DNA from: Bacteroidota bacterium
GTDB lineage: Bacteria; Bacteroidota; Bacteroidia; NS11-12g; UBA955
Length of the DNA stretch: 64,000 nucleotides
Direction of reading: 5' to 3'
Assembly (NCBI GenBank): GCA_027488835.1
Contig: JAIYAW010000005.1
Coordinates: 112,518-176,517 of the forward strand
Part shown: in pieces, positions 1 to 9,526 of the stretch
Layout of the letters: every line of letters starts with the position of its first letter
Position numbering within the stretch: the stretch's first letter is position 1
Program-made: the position numbers and the translations under genes
Notes under the pieces: generated by a model
Databases searched by the model: none
What the model was told of the DNA's origin: nothing
What the model saw: only the letters and a program-made list of their open reading frames with translations

Positions 1-435
1 GATGCATTGTCGTTTGCGAAAAAATATGACCCAACTTTGGTTATTGATTTTGCAACATTAACAGGAGCCGCAGCCGGAGCTTTAAGTAGTTATGGTTGTG
101 CTGTAATGGGAACCGCTGCAGATACAATAAAAAATGACATTAAAGAAAGTGGAGAATTGGTATACGAGCGTATGGCTGAATTTCCACTATGGCCTGAATT
201 TGGTGATGAAATGAAAGGTGAAATAAGTGATCTAAAAAACCTGGGTAAAGGTGCTGGTGGTGCTCAATCTGCGGCAATGTTTTTAAAACATTTTACCTCA
301 TACCAATGGTTGCATTTTGATATTGCAGGTACTTCTTTTGCACATGCTCCCAAAGGTTATATTGGTCAGGGTGGAACTGGCTTTGGAGTTCGAATGATGT
401 TGAATTATTTTTTGAAAAAATACAATGGAAAATAA
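1..435 (+). CDS. pepA: Leucyl aminopeptidase (M17 family), C-terminal part; 5' end lies outside the window
   Basis: Frame open from base 1. M17 motifs IDFATLTGA, SDLKN, GGAQSAAMFLKHF and WLHFDIAG. Confidence 0.88.
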   Translation, partial: DALSFAKKYDPTLVIDFATLTGAAAGALSSYGCAVMGTAADTIKNDIKESGELVYERMAEFPLWPEFGDEMKGEISDLKNLGKGAGGAQSAAMFLKHFTSYQWLHFDIAGTSFAHAPKGYIGQGGTGFGVRMMLNYFLKKYNGK

Positions 436-1489
436 GTTGATTAAAGTAGGAATCACCCAAGGTGATCCAAATGGAATAGGAATGGAGTTAATATTGAAGA
501 CTTTCGCTGAAGAGAGTATTTACAAATATTGTATTCCTGTTTTATACGCATCTCCAAAAACATTTACCTTTTATAAAAAGGCGCTTGGAATGGAAAATCC
601 AATGTATCATTTGGTGAAATCTGCAGAACAAGCAGTTGCGGGAAAATTGAACTTGGTTATTTCAAGCGATGAAACAATTGAAATTCAAATGGGTGTTGCA
701 AGTGAAGTTGCAGGAAAAGAAGCATTAAAAGCTTTAGACGCAGCTTTAAACGATTTGCATCATTTGGATGCATTGGTTACAGCGCCATTAGATAAATCAA
801 CCGTTGCTCCTCATTCTAAAAATTTCACAGGTCATACTGGCTATATTGCCGATTATTTAAAGGCCGATAACCATGCTATGTTTTTGGTAAGTGACGATTT
901 ACGCGTTGCCTTAGCAACAGAACATATTCCGGTTACCGAATTAGGAAAAGCATTGACCTCAGATGTAATTATCAATAAACTTCATGTGATGTTTAATTCA
1001 CTTCGAGAAGATTTTGGCATCACCAAACCGAGAATTGCAGTATTGGGATTAAATCCTCATGCAGGCGATAACGGTTTGCTTGGCAAAGAGGAACAAACAA
1101 TTATTCAACCAGCCATAAAAACTGTTTTTGATCAAGGCAAATTGGTTTATGGACCCTATTCTGCAGATAGCTTCTTTGGAAGTGGTCAATACAAAACTTT
1201 TGATGCAGTTTTGGCAATGTACCACGATCAGGGATTAATTCCTTTTAAAACGTTTGCGTTCTACGACGGTGTAAATTTTACTGCAGGATTACAAGTTGTA
1301 AGAACAAGTCCTGATCATGGAACAGCTTATTCATTGGTAGGCAAGGGAACAGCCGAAACGTTGAGTTTCAGAGCTGCAATTTTTGATGCAATCAAAATTG
1401 TAAAAAATCGTTTGCAACACGTTGACGATTATAAAAATCCATTGCCTTACGCTGAATTACGCAGAGAGCGTTTTAGAATTGATTTCTGA
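425..1489 (+). CDS. pdxA: 4-hydroxythreonine-4-phosphate dehydrogenase
   Basis: Motifs GITQGDPNGIG, GHTGY, GLNPHAGD, AMYHDQGLIPFK and RTSPDHGTAY. Confidence 0.95.
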   Translation: MENKLIKVGITQGDPNGIGMELILKTFAEESIYKYCIPVLYASPKTFTFYKKALGMENPMYHLVKSAEQAVAGKLNLVISSDETIEIQMGVASEVAGKEALKALDAALNDLHHLDALVTAPLDKSTVAPHSKNFTGHTGYIADYLKADNHAMFLVSDDLRVALATEHIPVTELGKALTSDVIINKLHVMFNSLREDFGITKPRIAVLGLNPHAGDNGLLGKEEQTIIQPAIKTVFDQGKLVYGPYSADSFFGSGQYKTFDAVLAMYHDQGLIPFKTFAFYDGVNFTAGLQVVRTSPDHGTAYSLVGKGTAETLSFRAAIFDAIKIVKNRLQHVDDYKNPLPYAELRRERFRIDF

Positions 1490-1490
1490 G

Positions 1491-1632
1491 GAATTCAAAG
1501 GTTTATAAGGGTTTATAAAAGATTATAAGCGTTTATAAAGGTTTTTAATAGGCATTTCAATAAGTCAGAAATGGAACGTATGAAAACTCAACCTTTATAA
1601 ACTTTCATAAACGTTTATAAACCTTCTAATTA
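1491..1632. repeat. Decamer-array element, locus A: inverted pair of GTTTATRAnn arms
   Basis: + arm 1491-1545: GAATTCAAAG GTTTATAAGG GTTTATAAAA GATTATAAGC GTTTATAAAG GTTTT. - arm 1632-1590: TAATTAGAAG GTTTATAAAC GTTTATGAAA GTTTATAAAG GTT. Unique spacer of about 45 bp. Lies between two convergent genes. Confidence 0.95.
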
Positions 1633-3098
1633 CGGCGTAGCCAATTAACTATCGCCTCCAACACATCCGGTGAAATACTCTCTTGGTTATCGAAGTATTC
1701 ATTTACATTTCCAGTTTTACAATGTTGTAAAAGATGGTTGTGGTTTTCGAAAAGTTCAATTTGAACATTTCGGCCAACATTTTGAAGCTTTTTTACTACA
1801 TTTTCGCTTTGGGTATATGAAATTTGTTGGTCCAATTTTCCTTGTAAAACCAATATTGGAAGTTTCAATTGAACAAGTTCTGCCGATGGTGTTACTTTGA
1901 ACATATTAAACATCCAAGGATTGGTGAAGAGGGCCGTATATTGGGAATTTAAAACGGTTAAAAATTTATCTTTGTAGGATTTTTCAAAATAGGAAATCAC
2001 TTTTTTCTTCATTTTATCTGTTCCGTATGCAGCATTGTTTTTCCATTCGTTAAAGCAAAAACGAATGATTGATTCAGAAATTGAATCGTTTGGAATCCTA
2101 TGTTCATTAATCAATTTGGAAAGTAATAATAAGTGTAATCCCAAATAATTTTCAGAAATTAAAGAATCAACACCGCCGTTTTTAAGTGCCCAGTAATTTT
2201 GATAGGTATTGGTTTCCAACCAAGTAGCCAACATTGGTGCCAATCCAATAATACCAGCAACAGCAGGATTTTTTTTTGCAACACCAGTTGCAATACTTCC
2301 ACCTTCTGAATGTCCCACCAAGTAAATTTTACTGGTATTTACCATAGGTTGTAAAGTCAAAAATTTGAAATAGGCATCTCCGTCTTCGATTAGGTCTTCG
2401 GTAGTGTATTTTAATTTATCAGGACTTGATTTTGTGAAACCGGCTCCCCTGTCATCAACCCTTAAAACAGCATATCCAGCCTTTGTAAGGTAGTCAGAGA
2501 TAACTGCAAATGGTTTGTGATTTCCAATGCTCTCATCTCTATCTTGTGCTCCGCTTCCAGTGTATAAAATTACCGAAGGGAATTTTTGTGTTGAATCTGT
2601 TGAATTTGGGTAGGTTATGGTACCTGAAAACTTAATTTTCCCATCTTGGTTAGAGAAAGTAACTTGTTTTGTTTTATAAGCAAAAGGAGCAATGGGTGTT
2701 TGAGGTTTGGTGCTATTAATCACACCATATGATTTTACCAAAGTCAATGGAATAGATTTGCCTCTTTGTTTGAATGTACCTGTAATTTTGTTCGTGTCGG
2801 TTAACTTTCCCTCAAAATAAATACCCAATTTGCCATCTGTTAATGTCAATTTTTTCTTTTTGAAATTGGTTTCATCGAATGGATGGTTTTTTAAACGTTG
2901 CAAAGGCACATCCATTCTCGTTTGATAAATGGTCTCGTTGTCGCCAATTGATAGTGTTTTTATGTTGAAATATAAATCTAAATTGAAAGTACCCGTTTCA
3001 AGTTTACCATACCAACGGCCAAGAATATTTGTTGATTGTGCGTACGCCGTATTTGAAAGGATGTAAACAAACGCTAGAAACAGGAAGCTTTTTTTCAT
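1626..3098 (-). CDS. Secreted alpha/beta-hydrolase (peptidase S9/S15-like) with an N-terminal beta-rich domain
   Basis: TGSGAQDRDE, DDRG, GHSEG nucleophile elbow, QGKLDQQI and NHLLQ. Start placed at ATG 3098 (MKKSFLFLAF signal peptide) rather than 3182. Confidence 0.8.
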   Translation of the reverse strand: MKKSFLFLAFVYILSNTAYAQSTNILGRWYGKLETGTFNLDLYFNIKTLSIGDNETIYQTRMDVPLQRLKNHPFDETNFKKKKLTLTDGKLGIYFEGKLTDTNKITGTFKQRGKSIPLTLVKSYGVINSTKPQTPIAPFAYKTKQVTFSNQDGKIKFSGTITYPNSTDSTQKFPSVILYTGSGAQDRDESIGNHKPFAVISDYLTKAGYAVLRVDDRGAGFTKSSPDKLKYTTEDLIEDGDAYFKFLTLQPMVNTSKIYLVGHSEGGSIATGVAKKNPAVAGIIGLAPMLATWLETNTYQNYWALKNGGVDSLISENYLGLHLLLLSKLINEHRIPNDSISESIIRFCFNEWKNNAAYGTDKMKKKVISYFEKSYKDKFLTVLNSQYTALFTNPWMFNMFKVTPSAELVQLKLPILVLQGKLDQQISYTQSENVVKKLQNVGRNVQIELFENHNHLLQHCKTGNVNEYFDNQESISPDVLEAIVNWLRRN

Positions 3099-3181
3099 GC
3101 CGCAAAAATCATTGATTTTATTCAATAATAGACAGTATTTTATATGATTTATTGAAAATTGATTTTTAACTTTCTGAATCA

Positions 3182-4432
3182 TTAAAACACAATTTTCATG
3201 GTATCATTTTCGTAATGGGTTCTTTCTTCAAAAGTTTGTTTTGAAAAAGGCTTTCCATAATCGCCTTGTATTACATCTTTGGTGTGAACAAAATAGAAAA
3301 ATTGAATGCTAATGATACATTGTAACACGATTACCCAATAAACCATTTTTAAGTTTATTTTAGACAACAACAAGGTGAATAATATTTGAATCATTGGGAA
3401 CGTCACTATAAAATAATGATCTCTTACTGGAATTCCAGACATCGTAAATAAAACGAATGGTAGAAACACATATGCCAAGAATATAAATTTCGATTCTCTG
3501 TCTAACCAAACAATATTGCGAATTTCTTTTTTAACAAAAACCAAGATTAAAACGTATAAGAAAATAAGGGCTGTAATGAGCAAAGCTGCAAACATTATAT
3601 AGCTTGGAAACCCCAAAATTGGTTCTTTGAAAAATTCTTTCATGTCGTGCCCCAATGAATAAAAAATATTGATACCTACTGTGTCGGAAACAAAACGGAT
3701 TAAATATTCAAGTTTGATAATGCCCAATAAACTTGCCGACGATGTTTTGCTATTATGAAGCACATAAAAAAACCAAGGAATTGAAGGCAATATACCCAAA
3801 ATACATGTTGCAACGAATTTATAAATCCAGAATTGGGCTTTTTTAAATCCTCCGTCATACCAAATGGTTGCAAAAAACATTCCTGCGGCCAAGTAAAATC
3901 CCGACATATGCACTTGTCCGGCCAAACACAACGATAATGCCCAAATAACGACCCCCAACAGGTGTTTTCTATTCACAAATCCCCAAAAAGAAAAACAGGT
4001 GAAAAATGGCAATAAGTCTTGAGCCCATATTTTACGGCTGTAAACAATATGCAAAACATGGGTTGATGCCAAAATAATACCGAGCAATAATATATTGTTC
4101 CATTTTGGATTCCATGATTTTAGCGAATAATAAAATACAAAAATTGCTAGAATGTTTAAAAGTGAAACGCCCAAAACCATATATACAGGACCAATATTCA
4201 AATATTGCATTGCAATAAATGGCCATGTACTCACTCCTGTATTTACAATGCCACCACCACTCATTACCCCAACTTCCGGCAATATATTTCTATGCGACCA
4301 ATCGAGGCTGTGAATCCACATCCATTTTTCGTCCCACTTCCATTCCATGTCGCCTAAAAACAATAAGCGCAACACAATGGCTACCAAAATGCCGAAAACG
4401 ATGATACCTATTTGTATCTTAGTATATTTCAT
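3182..4432 (-). CDS. Polytopic membrane protein, probable GT-C (PMT/ArnT-like) glycosyltransferase
   Basis: Many hydrophobic segments, a WKWDE acidic motif after the first TM helix, and SRKIWAQD. Confidence 0.55.
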   Translation of the reverse strand: MKYTKIQIGIIVFGILVAIVLRLLFLGDMEWKWDEKWMWIHSLDWSHRNILPEVGVMSGGGIVNTGVSTWPFIAMQYLNIGPVYMVLGVSLLNILAIFVFYYSLKSWNPKWNNILLLGIILASTHVLHIVYSRKIWAQDLLPFFTCFSFWGFVNRKHLLGVVIWALSLCLAGQVHMSGFYLAAGMFFATIWYDGGFKKAQFWIYKFVATCILGILPSIPWFFYVLHNSKTSSASLLGIIKLEYLIRFVSDTVGINIFYSLGHDMKEFFKEPILGFPSYIMFAALLITALIFLYVLILVFVKKEIRNIVWLDRESKFIFLAYVFLPFVLFTMSGIPVRDHYFIVTFPMIQILFTLLLSKINLKMVYWVIVLQCIISIQFFYFVHTKDVIQGDYGKPFSKQTFEERTHYENDTMKIVF

Positions 4433-4459
4433 TTTTCAATAAGTTATTAGTTCTTAGAA

Positions 4460-5878
4460 TTAAGATAGGGTATACGTTACCCCTTGTTCAACAATTTGAA
4501 TCTCGTTAAATCCGGCATTCATTAAATGAGATTTAAAAGCCCCCAGTGTATCTTCTTCGCCATGGACCAAAAATACTTTTTTAACTAATTGGGGGTTTTG
4601 GCAGGATAAATACTCAACCATTTCTTTCCAATCTGCATGGGCGCTGAAGTTATTCATTCTATGGATTTCTGCAAAAACTTGATACTCTTCTCCAAAAATC
4701 TTCACTTGTTGCTTTCCCGAGGTTAATTGCCCCGCCAAACTAAATGGGGTAGCATAACCAATAATTAAAATGGAATTTGATGGATTTTCAATATTGTTTG
4801 CAATATGGTGTTTGATTCTGCCCGCTTCTGCCATACCGCTTGACGATATGATAATTGCAGCTGAATTGATATCATTGATTGCTTTTGAATCTTCAACTTT
4901 GCTTACATAATGCAAATTTGGAAACGAGAATGGATCGCCGTCTTTGGAAATGTATTCCAATATTTTGGGATTGAATTCATCTCTATGCAATTCCATGATT
5001 TGCGTAGCTTTAATACTCAAAGGACTATCGACATAAACAGGGATATGCGGTAGCTTTTTTTCAAAAGCCAACTGATCCAAGATATAAATAATTTCTTGGG
5101 TTCTATCTATTGAAAACGCTGGAATGATAATTTTCCCCTGCTTTTCAATACAAATTTTTTGAATCAGATTCAGTAAAGTTTCTTTTGCATCAGCCGCTGC
5201 CTCGTGCAATCGATCTCCGTAAGTGCTTTCTGAAACAATATAATCAGATTGGGGGAACGGAAATGGACCAGCCAAAATTTGATCATCGGGTCGGCCAATA
5301 TCACCGGTAAATGTAAGTGTAATGGTTTTGTTTTCAGGAGATAGTAATTTTAAATGAATCGCAGAACTTCCTATTATATGCGCATTGGGTATGAGTTTAA
5401 CAACAGTATTTGAACCAACTTGGAATTCAATATTATCTTTCACTACTTGAAATTTCGCAAGTGCTCTTTCTGCATCAGCCATTTCATATAATGCTTCAAT
5501 GGGCTCAAGGTTTTTCTCTAACCTTCTGCGGTTTACCCGCTTCAAGTCAGATTCTTGAATATGTGCGCTGTCTGCAAGCATGATTTCGCACAAATCTCTG
5601 GTAGATGAATTGCTATATATGATGCCATTAAATCCATCTTTTACCAATTTTGGCAATAATCCAGTATGGTCTATGTGTGCATGAGAAAGTATCACAAAAT
5701 TGACATCGGCAGGATTAAATCCCCAATTTCTATTCAATTTTTGACCTTCTTTTCCCTCTCCTTGGAACAATCCACAATCCAATAAAATGTTTTCACCATT
5801 GGAAGTAGTGATCAAATGTTTAGAACCGGTTACTCTGCCAGCTGCGCCGTAACTTGTGAGGGTAGGGGAATTTTGCAT
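4460..5878 (-). CDS. MBL-fold beta-CASP RNA-processing nuclease (YSH1-like)
   Basis: GAAGRVTGSKH, LLDCGLFQG, SHAHIDHTG, ESTYGDR and FSAHAD. Start placed at ATG 5878, just after a TAnnTTTG box. Confidence 0.9.
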   Translation of the reverse strand: MQNSPTLTSYGAAGRVTGSKHLITTSNGENILLDCGLFQGEGKEGQKLNRNWGFNPADVNFVILSHAHIDHTGLLPKLVKDGFNGIIYSNSSTRDLCEIMLADSAHIQESDLKRVNRRRLEKNLEPIEALYEMADAERALAKFQVVKDNIEFQVGSNTVVKLIPNAHIIGSSAIHLKLLSPENKTITLTFTGDIGRPDDQILAGPFPFPQSDYIVSESTYGDRLHEAAADAKETLLNLIQKICIEKQGKIIIPAFSIDRTQEIIYILDQLAFEKKLPHIPVYVDSPLSIKATQIMELHRDEFNPKILEYISKDGDPFSFPNLHYVSKVEDSKAINDINSAAIIISSSGMAEAGRIKHHIANNIENPSNSILIIGYATPFSLAGQLTSGKQQVKIFGEEYQVFAEIHRMNNFSAHADWKEMVEYLSCQNPQLVKKVFLVHGEEDTLGAFKSHLMNAGFNEIQIVEQGVTYTLS

Positions 5879-5968
5879 TATTACAAAAATACTGAGATTC
5901 AACTCAAAAGCAATAAACTATTAATTGCAGAAATCGCAAAACGTTTAAAACGGTTAAATTGAAAAGTA

Positions 5969-6817
5969 TTATTTATTAAGCAGCACAACTGAATCTAAAA
6001 ACGCTGTGCATTTTTTATAAGCAGTTAGCGAAATATGGTCGCCATCTGGCAGAAAGTCAGTTTTGTTTGAAAGGAAATGCGACATGTCTATTACCTCGAG
6101 ATCGTGGGTATTTTGGACATAAACTTGCTTGTAATTTTGAGGGATATTTTCGAAATAGCTTTCATAAACAGGTGTATTTATAATTATCAATCGAATGTTG
6201 TTATCTCTGCAATAATATTTAATGACATTTAAATATTGGATTTGCTCCTTACTAAACGGTTGAAAGTTTCCATTTTTCTTATAAAATTGTTGCTTGATTC
6301 TTTTTTGTGACTTTTTGATACTTACTTGACTTTTAAATGGGTAGCTAAAATGTCCCTCAATAAAATTATTTCTACTAGTAAGTGATTTCCAAGCAAGTTT
6401 AAATTGCTTTTTAAATAAGAAATGCAAATTCAAAAAGCGATATTCATTGAGCATTTGCATTGGTTTAGGGGTGATTACAAAATAACGAGGCAAAATTTCC
6501 ATTTCATTGGTTAGGTATTCGTTAAAATAACCACTAAATGAATGATGAGAAAGACCTAAATAAATGGTTTTGAGTTTTTTATTTTTGTTTAATGCCAATA
6601 TTTTGTAATAAGTGTATTTAAGTCCTTCCGAATTACAACCCAAATTATTTGCGTTTTTATATAAGTATTCAATTCTTGAATCACCTAAAAAAACAGTTTT
6701 ATAGGTATATTTAAATGGGTGTTTTTGGTGATATTTGAAAATCGCAACAAACGAAAGTGTAACGATTACCAATACAATTAAAATGTATTTGATGAATTTT
6801 CTGAGAAAACGATTCAA
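5969..6817 (-). CDS. Membrane-anchored SGNH-like protein, probable partner of the adjacent MBOAT
   Basis: N-terminal TM anchor, FLGDSR block and C-terminal DGDH motif; lies just downstream of an MBOAT gene. Confidence 0.6.
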   Translation of the reverse strand: MNRFLRKFIKYILIVLVIVTLSFVAIFKYHQKHPFKYTYKTVFLGDSRIEYLYKNANNLGCNSEGLKYTYYKILALNKNKKLKTIYLGLSHHSFSGYFNEYLTNEMEILPRYFVITPKPMQMLNEYRFLNLHFLFKKQFKLAWKSLTSRNNFIEGHFSYPFKSQVSIKKSQKRIKQQFYKKNGNFQPFSKEQIQYLNVIKYYCRDNNIRLIIINTPVYESYFENIPQNYKQVYVQNTHDLEVIDMSHFLSNKTDFLPDGDHISLTAYKKCTAFLDSVVLLNK

Positions 6818-6829
6818 GGGAATTGAGAA

Positions 6830-8293
6830 TTAAAACTGAAAGTAAATAAAGCTTGATTTTGTTCCAAAGAAAAACAAAAGAAATAAACCAATGACCACAT
6901 AAAGTAGCCAACGCAATGCGTTCATTTTTACTGTGGTGAAAAGCTCACGCTCGTTTCTTCTGAAAATCCAATCAAAAACCACCATCGGCATTACGTAGTA
7001 TATAACCGATTGCAATGCCAATGGGTCTGAATTACCGCCTGGTAGGTTTAAAAATTGCGAAGGATTTTCAATGGTACTCGCTGCAATTTTCTTTATATAT
7101 CCAATTGCTTTTGATATGTTTTCTGCCCTAAAGAAAATCCAGGCGAGCGTCACAAATAAAAAGGTAGCAATCATTTGAAATGTTTCTTTTATTGAGGGAT
7201 ACCATCTGTTCTCAGCAACTACGTTGGTCACAAATTTCCTATTTCGGTTGAGTAACAATAATGGCAAAAATCCCAAGGCATGAATGAATCCCCATGCAAT
7301 AAAATTCCAACTAGCACCATGCCAAAAACCACTCACCAAGAAAATGATAAATGTATTTCTGATGGATATGAGTTTTCCAAGTTTTGATCCACCCAACGGA
7401 ATGTACAAATAATCTCTAAACCAAGAAGAGAGAGAAATGTGCCAACGTCGCCAGAATTCAGCAATGTCGCGAGAGAAATAAGGAAATTTAAAATTGCTGA
7501 GCAACTCAAATCCAAACAGTTTTGCTGTTCCTAAGGCGATATCTGAGTATCCACTGAAATCACCATAAATTTGGAAGCTAAATGCAACTGCTCCAATAAT
7601 TAAGGTGTAAGCATCTTCATTGGCATAATTTGAATAAATTGCGTTTACAATGGTTGCAAGACTATCTGCAATTACCACTTTTTTGAACATCCCCCAAAGA
7701 ATCAAGCGCAAGCCCTGAACAGATTGATTGTAATTGAATTTACGAGATTTTTGAATTTGGGGCAGCAAATGATTTGCTCTTTCAATTGGACCTGCCACCA
7801 AAAGAGGGAAGAAGCTCACAAAAACAGCGTAATCAATGAAGTTGGCAACTGGTTTTTGCTGTTTTTTATAAACATCAAAAACATACGACAATCCATGGAA
7901 GGTGTAAAATGAAATTCCAATGGGAAGTGCAAGTTTTAAAATTGGCAAGGAAGTATGAACGCCCAAAGAATTAAATGCCGATTGGAATTGCTCAATAAAG
8001 AAATTGTAATATTTGTATATTCCAAGAATCCCTATATTGATAAACACCCCAATTCGCAATGACCATTTGGCTGTATTTTCATTTTCTGAGGCCACTAAAA
8101 AAACCAAAAAGTAATCTAATACAGTGCTTCCAAAAAGCAATAACAAAAATGGCCAGCTCCACCATCCATAAAAGAAGTAACTTGAAATTAATACAAGTCC
8201 ATTTTGTAGATCTAATGATTTATTTGCTAAAAACCAATAAATGCAAAAAACGATTGGTAGAAATATTAAAAATTCAAATGAGTTGAATAACAC
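6830..8293 (-). CDS. MBOAT family O-acyltransferase (AlgI/DltB-like)
   Basis: MLFNSFEF start, LPIGISFYTF, FFPLLVAGPIER, YGDFSGYSD, FWRRWHISLS, SGFWHGA and C-terminal FIYFQF. Confidence 0.93.
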   Translation of the reverse strand: MLFNSFEFLIFLPIVFCIYWFLANKSLDLQNGLVLISSYFFYGWWSWPFLLLLFGSTVLDYFLVFLVASENENTAKWSLRIGVFINIGILGIYKYYNFFIEQFQSAFNSLGVHTSLPILKLALPIGISFYTFHGLSYVFDVYKKQQKPVANFIDYAVFVSFFPLLVAGPIERANHLLPQIQKSRKFNYNQSVQGLRLILWGMFKKVVIADSLATIVNAIYSNYANEDAYTLIIGAVAFSFQIYGDFSGYSDIALGTAKLFGFELLSNFKFPYFSRDIAEFWRRWHISLSSWFRDYLYIPLGGSKLGKLISIRNTFIIFLVSGFWHGASWNFIAWGFIHALGFLPLLLLNRNRKFVTNVVAENRWYPSIKETFQMIATFLFVTLAWIFFRAENISKAIGYIKKIAASTIENPSQFLNLPGGNSDPLALQSVIYYVMPMVVFDWIFRRNERELFTTVKMNALRWLLYVVIGLFLLFFFGTKSSFIYFQF

Positions 8294-8297
8294 AACG

Positions 8298-8305
8298 CAA
8301 ATATA
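8298..8305 (-). promoter_or_regulatory. Bacteroidota -7 promoter box, 4 nt before the MBOAT GTG start
   Basis: Minus strand reads TATATTTG-CGTT-GTG. Confidence 0.6.
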
Positions 8306-8324
8306 TCAAAAAGCCAGACTACAT

Positions 8325-9320
8325 TTAATTAGAAATTGACTTATTGTGGTATAAGAGGCTTATGGATTTTTCTGTTAAATGAAATCCATCCAAAAAATTA
8401 GAATCGGTTAAATTCAAATTATTGGGATTAAAACTACCAATGATTTTGATTTTTGAGTTGAATTCTTTTCGAATTTTGTTCTCCAAAAAAGATAAGTTTT
8501 TTACACGTATGTCAGATTTTCTTTCTTCAAATAACAAGGGATGAAACGGACTCAAGATGATATAAACGGCGTTATTGATAATTTCTGACTCAAGGAGCTT
8601 TTTGCTTTTGTTGAATAAGGCAGTATCAACAGTGTAGAACTTTTTGAGTAAGTAAAGGTCTCTACAAAATGTTGAAATTCTACCCCTACGCTTGTTTGGT
8701 CCCAAGGTGATTTGCTTGATGCTTCCATCTTTGAATTTTATAAAATTATTTGGGTTTTCAATGTCAGAATAGTTTGCAATATGAAATGTATTTTCTTTCG
8801 TTGATAATGCATTTTGAATGTCTTTTTTTGAATAATTAAACGTAAATACATCTTTTAAAAAAAGTTTGAAAATCTCTAAATTGTTGAATTGTATATGCCT
8901 ATTTTCAATGGAATTGCAGACCGTCCAGGGATTGATGTCGAAAACCAAGGTGTCATATAGGATGTTGTTTGCTTTGACCAATTGATATACGTATTGAAGG
9001 TCATAAAAGTTGGCTCCACTCATACCAAGGTTCAACGCGTTATTGATTCCGGTGTATTTGCCTAGTTGCATAATCCGCGAAGATCCAATAAAGACAGTGC
9101 TGAAATGTCTGTTTTTATGAAAAAGAATATTTTGATAAACGGATCTTCTGTCTTCGCATATTTCATCTTTTTGAACCAAATTGTTTTTGTTGAATGCGGT
9201 AACAAATTTTTTGGCGGTATAATCGGTAATTAGATTATGCTTTGTTGCAAAATACAAATAAAGAGAAATCACCAAAAAGATGCTCAAATAGATTGCTGTA
9301 TTTGTAATAAACCGTTTCAA
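8325..9320 (-). CDS. Membrane-anchored SGNH-like hypothetical protein
   Basis: N-terminal TM, FIGSSR, NLGMSG and C-terminal DGFH; very AT-rich; TTG start. Confidence 0.55.
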   Translation of the reverse strand: MKRFITNTAIYLSIFLVISLYLYFATKHNLITDYTAKKFVTAFNKNNLVQKDEICEDRRSVYQNILFHKNRHFSTVFIGSSRIMQLGKYTGINNALNLGMSGANFYDLQYVYQLVKANNILYDTLVFDINPWTVCNSIENRHIQFNNLEIFKLFLKDVFTFNYSKKDIQNALSTKENTFHIANYSDIENPNNFIKFKDGSIKQITLGPNKRRGRISTFCRDLYLLKKFYTVDTALFNKSKKLLESEIINNAVYIILSPFHPLLFEERKSDIRVKNLSFLENKIRKEFNSKIKIIGSFNPNNLNLTDSNFLDGFHLTEKSISLLYHNKSISN

Positions 9321-9342
9321 AATCCAAAATTCGAATTAAATC

Positions 9343-9371
9343 AAAAAAGTCATCATTTCTGATGACTTTTT
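9343..9371 (-). terminator. Intrinsic terminator downstream of tRNA-Met
   Basis: Stem-loop AAAAAGTCATCA-TTTC-TGATGACTTTTT with T-runs on both strands. Confidence 0.8.
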
Positions 9372-9380
9372 GATTTTGAG

Positions 9381-9454
9381 TAGCGAAAGGGGGAATTGAA
9401 CCCCCGACCTCAGGGTTATGAATCCTGCGCTCTAACCACCTGAGCTACCTCGCT
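9381..9454 (-). tRNA. tRNA-Met (CAT), probably elongator; CCA not encoded
   Basis: Reverse complement reads AGCGAGGTAGCTCAGGTGGTTAGAGCGCAGGATTCATAACCCTGAGGTCGGGGGTTCAATTCCCCCTTTCGCTA. Acceptor stem, D-arm, CAT anticodon and GTTCAA T-loop are present. The 1-72 pair is formed and the initiator GGG/CCC anticodon-stem run is absent. Confidence 0.95.
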
Positions 9455-9465
9455 AATTAGGGATG

Positions 9466-9473
9466 CAAAGATA
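9466..9473 (-). promoter_or_regulatory. -7 promoter box for tRNA-Met
   Basis: TATCTTTG on the minus strand, 11 nt upstream of the tRNA 5' end. Confidence 0.7.
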
Positions 9474-9526
9474 ATTATTTTCTACATTTTTTCCAAATGA
9501 TTTTTTATAAAAAAAGGAGCGTTAAA

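Noticed and set aside
1491-1632. Arrays as parS sites, DnaA boxes or iterons, given parAB in the window
   Set aside because: They match neither parS (TGTTTCACGTGAAACA) nor DnaA-box (TTATCCACA) consensus, and they are scattered at gene ends rather than at one origin-like locus. No parS was spotted by eye.
3099-3182. Extended N-termini in the ORF track (also 5879-5902, 28853-28948, 33270-33281, 38684-38728, 46401-46439, 59697-59747, 61123-61215)
   Set aside because: These extensions overlap neighbours or promoter boxes; downstream ATGs give proper signal peptides or family-typical starts.
9381-9454. tRNA as initiator tRNA-fMet
   Set aside because: It has a paired A1-T72 and lacks three consecutive G-C pairs at the base of the anticodon stem. 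Ile2 is not formally excluded, but the sequence resembles elongator Met.
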